Shown in pieces: positions 58,152 through 64,000 of a stretch of 64,000 nt of DNA (position 1 is the first letter of the stretch; each line of letters begins with the position of its first letter). Origin of the DNA: Phycisphaerae bacterium (GTDB taxonomy: Bacteria > Planctomycetota > Phycisphaerae > UBA1845); NCBI GenBank assembly GCA_963666835.2, contig CAXXGO010000001.1, positions 2,016,001 to 2,080,000 of the forward strand, in the 5' to 3' direction. Under the pieces are notes generated by a model. That model had not been told where the DNA came from. It did no database searches and worked only from the letters and a program-made list of their open reading frames with translations. The position numbers and the translations under genes are program-made.

Positions 58152-58179
58152 ATTGTACCGAATATGGCATGCCTGTCAA
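58152..58179 (-). promoter_or_regulatory. Near-consensus sigma70 promoter of the HTH-M41-M41-TerS operon
   Basis: TTGACA-N16-TACAAT on the minus strand, with a GGCATGCC palindrome in the spacer. Confidence 0.6.
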
Positions 58180-58467
58180 GCAACCTAAGGAAAAAGTGCC
58201 GAGAATTTGTCAGGACCAGATACCTAACACCGCGTATCATCGGTAGGGCACCTCCCGGAAGAACAAGATCTCGACCGCGGCGCAAAAAACGAGCCCAGTG
58301 CATCGTTCACCAGGCCCGCCCCCATCGTACGCTCGCACGACGGTAACCGAATGCCAAAGGTGCTGACCGGCAAGGAGAGCCAAACCCCACCGGCCAGCAA
58401 GACAAGCCGAACAATGGAACCCGGCTCGCCTAAGCCGCGCGCCCCCAGCGCGACAGGATCGAATCTC

Positions 58468-59385
58468 TTACGGGATCGCCGGGTAGATGAATCCAGACTT
58501 CGTAACCGCACCAGTGTGATAGTTCTCACACAGCGTCATCCCCGTACCGACAAACGGAGTCCCGTCTTCGTCAAGATCTCCGCTCAAGTTCCGTGCAATG
58601 ATGCCCGTGTTGGTCGCGCCTGCAAACTCGATGACATGCACGCTATCGTTCGCGTCGTTGTCGATCAGGTTATCCGTCACCGCGAGGTTCTGGAAAAGCT
58701 CCGTTCCCGGACTTCCGATGATCGCGCTGTCCGCAACATAATCACCTTGGATCTGATTACCTCGAACCGTGCAATGATCTTGATCCTTTACGAACCAGAT
58801 CGCGTTAGTGTTCGCTGCGTCTGGCTGGTAGATAACGCAATCCTCGATCAGCAGGCCATCACAGTCATTGTCCGCCGTACCGACGTTGATGCCGATCTTG
58901 AAGTTCTCATCGGTCGTGATCTCATTGATGAAAACCTTGCGAATGGTTACACCCTTGGCCTTGACGTCAATTGCCTTAGCGACATCCTCATGACCAGCGT
59001 CAAGCTCGACGTTCTGCAGCAACGTATCCGCACCACTGATGAGGATGTGGGCAGTGGACGCACCATCGATCAAGAAGGTAGGTCGGCGAGACCAACCACC
59101 CAAACCGATGACCCGCAGGCCCACAACATCCAACGTCAAGGACGGGTTACCCGTGAGCGTCTCAGCGTGCCCAGGCAACACATAGATTGTATCACCCGTG
59201 CTCGCCGCAGTCTCAGCGTAAACGAGAGTAGCAAACGGTAGTTCAGGGCTCTCACCGTGCGTTGTTGCGTCTTCTGCGTTGGTTGCAGTTGAACTAACCC
59301 AGAGAAACCGACCTTCGCATTGAACCGCATGATCGGCAAAAAACATCCCACCGCTACCGGATCGCGTACAGAATTTAGTGTCCAT
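58468..59385 (-). CDS. Right-handed beta-helix protein (phage fibre/decoration-like)
   Basis: GESPELPFATL..GDTIYVLPGHAETL..VIGLG..RPTF cap followed by parallel beta-helix repeats; GGAGG SD; no signal peptide. Confidence 0.75.
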   Translation of the reverse strand: MDTKFCTRSGSGGMFFADHAVQCEGRFLWVSSTATNAEDATTHGESPELPFATLVYAETAASTGDTIYVLPGHAETLTGNPSLTLDVVGLRVIGLGGWSRRPTFLIDGASTAHILISGADTLLQNVELDAGHEDVAKAIDVKAKGVTIRKVFINEITTDENFKIGINVGTADNDCDGLLIEDCVIYQPDAANTNAIWFVKDQDHCTVRGNQIQGDYVADSAIIGSPGTELFQNLAVTDNLIDNDANDSVHVIEFAGATNTGIIARNLSGDLDEDGTPFVGTGMTLCENYHTGAVTKSGFIYPAIP

Positions 59386-59752
59386 CGGCTGACACCTCCT
59401 CAAGCTCGTCCGCCGTACACTCGACAACCTGCCGCAAGACGCAACAAGCACCCAGAGCGAAACCTCGAATCCAGTCAACCAGGCCGCGGTTGCCCAGTGC
59501 CGGTTGCATCTCGGACATACAATCGCGAATGGCAATCTCGCGAGTGCGCGGGCACTCACCATCCGAGTTCTCAGCCTCTCGCCTAATGAAGTCCAGGTCC
59601 TGCAGGTTCGCCCGTGTGACCGCCCACTTGCGACCGCAGACCATGCCCGCGCGTTCACGTTGGGCCCGCTGAACCTCTGCGCTACCCTCGAACCCCGGGA
59701 ACCGCTCCCGAAGTTGTGCCAATTCGTTGTCAGTCAATAGCATCGTCGTCAC
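59375..59752 (-). CDS. Hypothetical protein, paralog of the RHH protein at 62146-62625
   Basis: Shared G..G..WA...A...DL, IRD and DWI.GFA.GA blocks. Confidence 0.7.
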   Translation of the reverse strand: MTTMLLTDNELAQLRERFPGFEGSAEVQRAQRERAGMVCGRKWAVTRANLQDLDFIRREAENSDGECPRTREIAIRDCMSEMQPALGNRGLVDWIRGFALGACCVLRQVVECTADELEEVSADGH

Positions 59753-59842
59753 CCCTAATCTTTTTCACTCGTACCCCCAAGGCCCACCGATCCCCATCGG
59801 TCGGTCAGTATTTGCCGGATCGCTACCATAATCATCGGCCGG

Positions 59843-59871
59843 AGTATACCCGAAACGCCAGGGTTCTGCAA
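59843..59871 (-). promoter_or_regulatory. Sigma70-type promoter
   Basis: TTGCAG-N17-TATACT upstream of 59752. Confidence 0.5.
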
Positions 59872-60050
59872 GACACCTATATGGCACTGAGGGGGTAACA
59901 AACACCTAAACTGTGGGTGTGGGTCGTTTGTGTCAGAGGGGGGACATCGGGGAAGGGAGAAGTAAAGGTGGTTGAAAAAGTGCCGAAGTGAAGCGATCCC
60001 CGGCAGACGGGCGCGAGACCGACCCGCCCACCGGGGTCCTCGGTTGTTGG

Positions 60051-61124
60051 CTATTGGAGGATTGGCTTACGCCATCTAAACGCAACCGTCCCAGCCGTCA
60101 GCACGAGCAGGACCATCGCGAGCATGCCCCAGGAAGAGAGCGCGGGGACCGGAAGGGGCTCCACTTTGGCGACACGGAAACCGAAATCGTAGTTCCCGAG
60201 CTCCAACCCCGCGCTGTAGGAACGTGCCACCGATTGCATGTAGTGGGATATGCTGGGCCACGCACCGCCACGAAAACCGCGATATTCAAACGGCAATGAC
60301 TCCGGAAACTTCGATTCGTTCCATTCCATGATGTTCCCGCCCTGGTCAAATGTGCCATAGGGGCTTGTGGCGATCTCGTAACAGCCGACGTCACTCCTCC
60401 GGGGCTCCCCGCACACAAGATCATAATTCGCTGCGTTGGAATCATCCGCGGAACAACAGATGTAAGCAGGCAAGCTGTCGCTGCTCGTCGGGTAGTCCCA
60501 GTAGTCACCCGTGGCACCGTTGTTCTTGTGGTACGCTGCCTTGTACCACTCGTCTTCGGAGGGGATAACCCATGTCGCGTCTCCCTCTCGCCTTTCGATT
60601 GCATACAGCTCTGCGTCAGTCAGCGCACCGTGGAGTGCGTACGAGCCGTCCTCGGTGGAGTTCTGGTCCTGCGGCACCGGTGTGCCGAGGCCCGGCTGGC
60701 CGTTGTGGAGCCAGTTGGCAAAACGGGCCGCGTCACCCCACCCGATGTAGTCCACCGGGAGGTTCTCCCGACCGGCAACCACGGTGTAGGTATATGGGGG
60801 GGATGCGGTACGTTCGATTGATGCCCGCGGCGGGGTCGCCATCCCTTCGTTATACAAGTCGTACGTGTCATCATTGACCGCTACGGCGTTGAGGAACTCG
60901 GCATACTGCCCGACAGTCACCTCGAACTTACCGATCTCGAATACGTAGTCCACAGCCCCGCAGATGCGGTCTGGGCCGGAACCGCCCGGCTGACTCTCGC
61001 CAGACCACTTCCCGGCGTTTCCCGGGTTACCCACAACCACCGTCTCGATGACTACCTCAGCATGAACGGTCGATGCACAGAGCACGATCAGTAACAACGC
61101 CAGAACAATCTTGATTCGTGCCAT
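60051..61124 (-). CDS. SUMF1/FGE-sulfatase-fold surface protein with IPTL-CTERM-like anchor
   Basis: Signal peptide; GKFEVT, AARFANWLHNGQ, PSEDEWYKAAY, DQGGNIMEW, RGGAW and GFRVA motifs; VPALSSWG + TM + basic tail. Confidence 0.9.
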   Translation of the reverse strand: MARIKIVLALLLIVLCASTVHAEVVIETVVVGNPGNAGKWSGESQPGGSGPDRICGAVDYVFEIGKFEVTVGQYAEFLNAVAVNDDTYDLYNEGMATPPRASIERTASPPYTYTVVAGRENLPVDYIGWGDAARFANWLHNGQPGLGTPVPQDQNSTEDGSYALHGALTDAELYAIERREGDATWVIPSEDEWYKAAYHKNNGATGDYWDYPTSSDSLPAYICCSADDSNAANYDLVCGEPRRSDVGCYEIATSPYGTFDQGGNIMEWNESKFPESLPFEYRGFRGGAWPSISHYMQSVARSYSAGLELGNYDFGFRVAKVEPLPVPALSSWGMLAMVLLVLTAGTVAFRWRKPILQ

Positions 61125-61145
61125 CCCTCTATCCTCCGATATCTG

Positions 61146-61694
61146 CTACCCCTGAGCTGCAACCACCCCACGCTTCGACCGCCCAAACACGACACCGCCG
61201 ACAGCCGCGAGACCCACGAGCATTACCACGATGCCGAGATCGGAGATTGCGGGGACAGAGGCGGAAGGTGTGTCCCTGCCGATCTCAGTGAGCCACGTCG
61301 TGAACGTGATTCCACCAAAAGTCACGCCATCATCGCCAGGCTCGATCGGTACCCAATCGCCAGACAGATCTCCGCTGACGTCGATCCAATACTGTGATGG
61401 TGGTGACAAATGCCCGTAGATACCAGGCCGACCGGCAATGGTCACGCGACGATGATTGGTTTCACCATGCGAGGGCATCATTTCGTCACGAACCGCGAAC
61501 GAGTCTTGTCCAGGCGACATCGCGGCCCAGCAGATCCTCGCGGGAGTATCTACCCCAGCAAAACACGAACCCAGGCCCACCAAGGTCGATTGCGATGCAG
61601 TTCCACTCAGTTCAACCACCTGCTCAGCCTTCGCCTCCTCGCAAGCAAGAAACGCGGCGACAATCACCGCAGCAACAGAACCGATACGCAACAT
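61146..61694 (-). CDS. Exported hypothetical protein with IPTL-CTERM-like anchor
   Basis: GGGAGGG SD, signal peptide ending AKA, C-terminal VPAISDLG + TM + RSKR. Confidence 0.75.
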   Translation of the reverse strand: MLRIGSVAAVIVAAFLACEEAKAEQVVELSGTASQSTLVGLGSCFAGVDTPARICWAAMSPGQDSFAVRDEMMPSHGETNHRRVTIAGRPGIYGHLSPPSQYWIDVSGDLSGDWVPIEPGDDGVTFGGITFTTWLTEIGRDTPSASVPAISDLGIVVMLVGLAAVGGVVFGRSKRGVVAAQG

Positions 61695-61913
61695 CGCAGA
61701 CCCTCCCAAACATGAGACCCGCGCAACCGGCAGGACGACGAAGCCCCTCCGAGGCCGCGCGATAGATGAGCACGTCATAATACCGGACGGAGACATCGGG
61801 TTCAAGGGTTATTCAGTACTACTGTAGCTGACTTGGGGTGTGGTTAGAAAGGCAAGCCCCAGAAGGCGGGGGAGTGATCCCGCCCACTGGGGCAAGGCAA
61901 GGTCCCGTGTGTG

Positions 61914-62120
61914 TCATCTACCGACGCATTGCATTCCGTCGGGTATCCACTTCCATTTCGTGGTTCCGCCGTCATCCCGGTTGATCGCCAGGACCTCCCC
62001 ATCACCGTTGGGGTCATCCTCAATCTGGGCAGCCCCCATCTCGATCATCGCGCAGAAGTACGGGCGAAACTTCTTCGGCGTAGTGCGTAGGAACTGGTCG
62101 GCTGGTGGTGTAGTGGCCAT
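61914..62120 (-). CDS. Small hypothetical protein (68 aa)
   Basis: AAGGA SD before MATTPP; followed by a GCCCCAG..CTGGGGC hairpin near 61856-61894. Confidence 0.6.
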   Translation of the reverse strand: MATTPPADQFLRTTPKKFRPYFCAMIEMGAAQIEDDPNGDGEVLAINRDDGGTTKWKWIPDGMQCVGR

Positions 62121-62145
62121 GGATTCCTTTCCGTCCAAGAGGACA

Positions 62146-62625
62146 TCAGTCAGATGACGCCTCGATATCCGGCATCGCCTCGTTGAGCCTGTCAACCGCG
62201 CCATGGGCGAACCCCTCGATCCAGTCATCAAAGAACATGCCCTTCTGGGCCTCCTCATAGCCATCCCACCATCGGTCCTCAATTATGTCGCGGATAGACT
62301 TCCAGTCGTAGCTTCCGCCGGCCCCATCCCCTTCGATGACCTCCTTGAAGATGACCAAGTCATCCCAATCGGCGTTATTGGTCGCCCAGTCAATGCCCTG
62401 CAGTCGCCCCTCTTGCTTAGTCTCCTCACGAGTGTCCTGACTCTGCTCCTGTAACCGCGCAACCATGGTCATCTGTCCATCTCCAGAAAGTGCCTTCTCT
62501 TTCGCACGCAACGCACGAAACAACGCCTCTTGGCAGATGCGGGACACCGTGTCGCTCAAGTGTTCCCGGTACTCCTCCAAGAGCTTCTCTAGGTCCTCAG
62601 GTATCGAAATCGCTAATCTTGGCAT
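62146..62625 (-). CDS. Ribbon-helix-helix (CopG/CcdA-like) regulator with uncharacterised C-terminal domain
   Basis: MPRLAISIPEDLEKLL...VSRICQEAL RHH pattern; GGAG SD. Confidence 0.8.
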   Translation of the reverse strand: MPRLAISIPEDLEKLLEEYREHLSDTVSRICQEALFRALRAKEKALSGDGQMTMVARLQEQSQDTREETKQEGRLQGIDWATNNADWDDLVIFKEVIEGDGAGGSYDWKSIRDIIEDRWWDGYEEAQKGMFFDDWIEGFAHGAVDRLNEAMPDIEASSD

Positions 62626-62650
62626 CTGGCAATCTCCGTTTAAGCCATCT

Positions 62651-62701
62651 ACTACACAACTCTACACCGCCAATGGCCAGTCGTCAAATGGATTGTGTAG
62701 T
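62651..62701 (-). promoter_or_regulatory. Sigma70 promoter bracketed by a 9-bp inverted repeat (candidate RHH operator)
   Basis: TTGACG-N17-TAGAGT (62687 to 62659); ACTACACAA at 62651-62659 and TTGTGTAGT at 62693-62701. Confidence 0.65.
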
Positions 62702-63659
62702 TTTTTCTCGTCGACACGCCCGATGCCCACTTCGTGAGCCGCGTTGCGCATTGGGTATCGGGGTCGGGATATTTTCGGGGATGAGGGGTGCTTGTCGAGC
62801 AAGAGCGGTTTGGTGAAAAGTTGGGGTGGACCCTTACTCCCCCATCTTCATGCTTTAAAAAGTGTAGGGACCCATCGACGCCCCCGGGGTACCTCTGACG
62901 ATCCGCCGACTCGACCCCATCAGCAAACCCTAGCGGGCAAGCACGTAACTGAGGTGCTCTTCAACCCCTTGATGAAACCCTGTTATAGCAGCCTTAAACG
63001 GGGGTACGTCCTATAACGCTGATTCTGTTGCATTCGATCGCCCTCGTGGAGCCGTGAAGGCCGTTAAATAGACTAGTGCTGACATTCGTTACACTTACCC
63101 GCAAGTTTATCGAGGGTATATGGACCCTGCGTGAGCCATCATCGGGTAAGCCGCTAGGCTGGTGTTAAGCTGGGTACTCTCATCGATCTGTGCCAGGTGC
63201 GAACAGCGTAGAGGGTACCTGAGCCCACCCCCAACCGGGATGAGCCCAGACGCCGCAGGCCCAACGAAGAGCCCAACCGGACAGCCTAGGGTAGGTTGAT
63301 TCAGCGTCCGGCACGTAGGTATCATCGACTCCGGGTAGGCTCGGTCTCTACGGTGGTGTTGAGTGCTTGTAGGCCGTAGGGCTCATAAGCGTGAGCATCG
63401 GCCGCCGGAAGGATCGCAGAGCGTCTCGATGGGCGTCTCGAACCGGAGTCGTGGGTGTTAGTGTTATGTTAGGGGGTTTGCGTGTGGCGATATGCGCCCT
63501 CCACCCCCCATCACTGCCTTGAATCACACTTCCCCCCTAATGCCCGACTCTTTCTGTAGGCTATTAGCTCCAAGTCATGTCCGTCAGTTCGCCGATCCGG
63601 CACCGAAGACAGTACCAAGGCTCTATCCCTAGGGTTTACCCTTGCTCCTCCCTCGATTA

Positions 63660-63956
63660 GTGGCGGGAGAGTGGTGGCAGTGGTAGCAGAGTGGTAGCAC
63701 CATCACGGCTGCTGCCACGCATCAAAACATATATATATATGCGCCAAGTCGCATTAGTGGTGGCAGTGGTAGCAGATTTCCCTTACTCAGCGAAGAAGAT
63801 AGAATCGATTTGGGCAAACCGATATCGGTAACGACAGGGAGTTTGCCGGATCTGCTGCCACTGCTGCCACGAATTCACGAAAACACTACTATAGTAGGAC
63901 AAAACGCGTGGTGGCAGATTCGACGCTGCTACCACTTGCCGTCACCTGCCATCACA
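63660..63956. repeat. Iteron-like GTGGYRGCA repeats in both orientations with AT palindromes (candidate replication origin)
   Basis: Forward copies at 63671, 63680, 63691, 63757, 63766 and 63908; reverse copies at 63710, 63853, 63862 and 63927; CATATATATATATG at 63728; CTACTATAGTAG at 63886. Confidence 0.8.
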
Positions 63957-64000
63957 CCTTCCGATGTCTTCCTGTGATTTCCCACGTTTTCCCAAGACTT

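Larger units (their letters stand above)
54290..64000 (-). mobile_element. Putative phage-satellite/integrative island (continues beyond the window)
   Basis: Abrupt switch to small, tightly overlapping, all-minus-strand hypothetical genes; TerS-like, HTH and RHH genes; iteron cluster at the right end. Boundaries are inferred. Confidence 0.7.

Noticed and set aside
429..59241. Long antisense ORFs (e.g. 429-1646, 5614-6780, 8171-9748, 9827-10933, 39347-40405, 51298-52656, 58351-59241)
   Set aside because: They are shadow ORFs opposite well-supported genes, as expected from high-GC codon bias, and show no motifs.
60160..60290. Diversity-generating retroelement target (FGE-fold C-terminus as a variable region)
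   Set aside because: No template repeat differing only at adenines and no reverse transcriptase were found in the window. It cannot be excluded beyond 64000.
63564..63630. Tyrosine-recombinase box I remnant on the minus strand (RDRALVL / CRIGELTDMTWS)
   Set aside because: It needs a frameshift plus deletion, is followed immediately by a stop, and has no properly spaced HxxR/Y motifs. It may be chance; a tBLASTn would settle it.
54290..64000. Complete prophage
   Set aside because: No TerL, portal, major capsid, tail or lysis gene is recognisable, and the operon ends at the host boundary shortly after the TerS-like gene.

Overview
GC-rich bacterial chromosomal window, most likely Planctomycetota (Phycisphaerae-like). 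This is inferred from DCNxNGxPDxC repeat proteins, IPTL-CTERM/FGE proteins, a multiheme cytochrome and a PVC-type topA. About 1-54.3 kb is host backbone. It carries housekeeping genes (rnhA, nadD, gmd, topA, rsmA, efp-like, tRNA-Ser(GGA)), many secreted peptidases (S41 tricorn, S9, M43, aspartic+PDZ, S12-like) with a POT-type transporter, an octaheme cytochrome, an ECF sigma/vWA pair and an orphan TssB-TssC sheath fusion. Two intergenic regions (35.8-36.15 kb and 46.5-48.4 kb) are packed with GTAG-footed REP-like hairpins. They include a 58-bp-period tandem array that mimics CRISPR but is not one, and a 278-bp tandem duplication of the ECF promoter and gene start. From about 54.3 kb to the window end lies a single-strand island that looks like a phage satellite or integrative element. 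It has an iteron-type origin, a TerS-like gene, an HTH followed by two stand-alone FtsH-type (M41) protease domains, two paralogous RHH-type proteins, a beta-helix fibre-like protein and two IPTL-CTERM surface proteins. No capsid, portal, TerL, integrase or primase gene is visible in the window. All family assignments are by eye from motifs; no searches were run.
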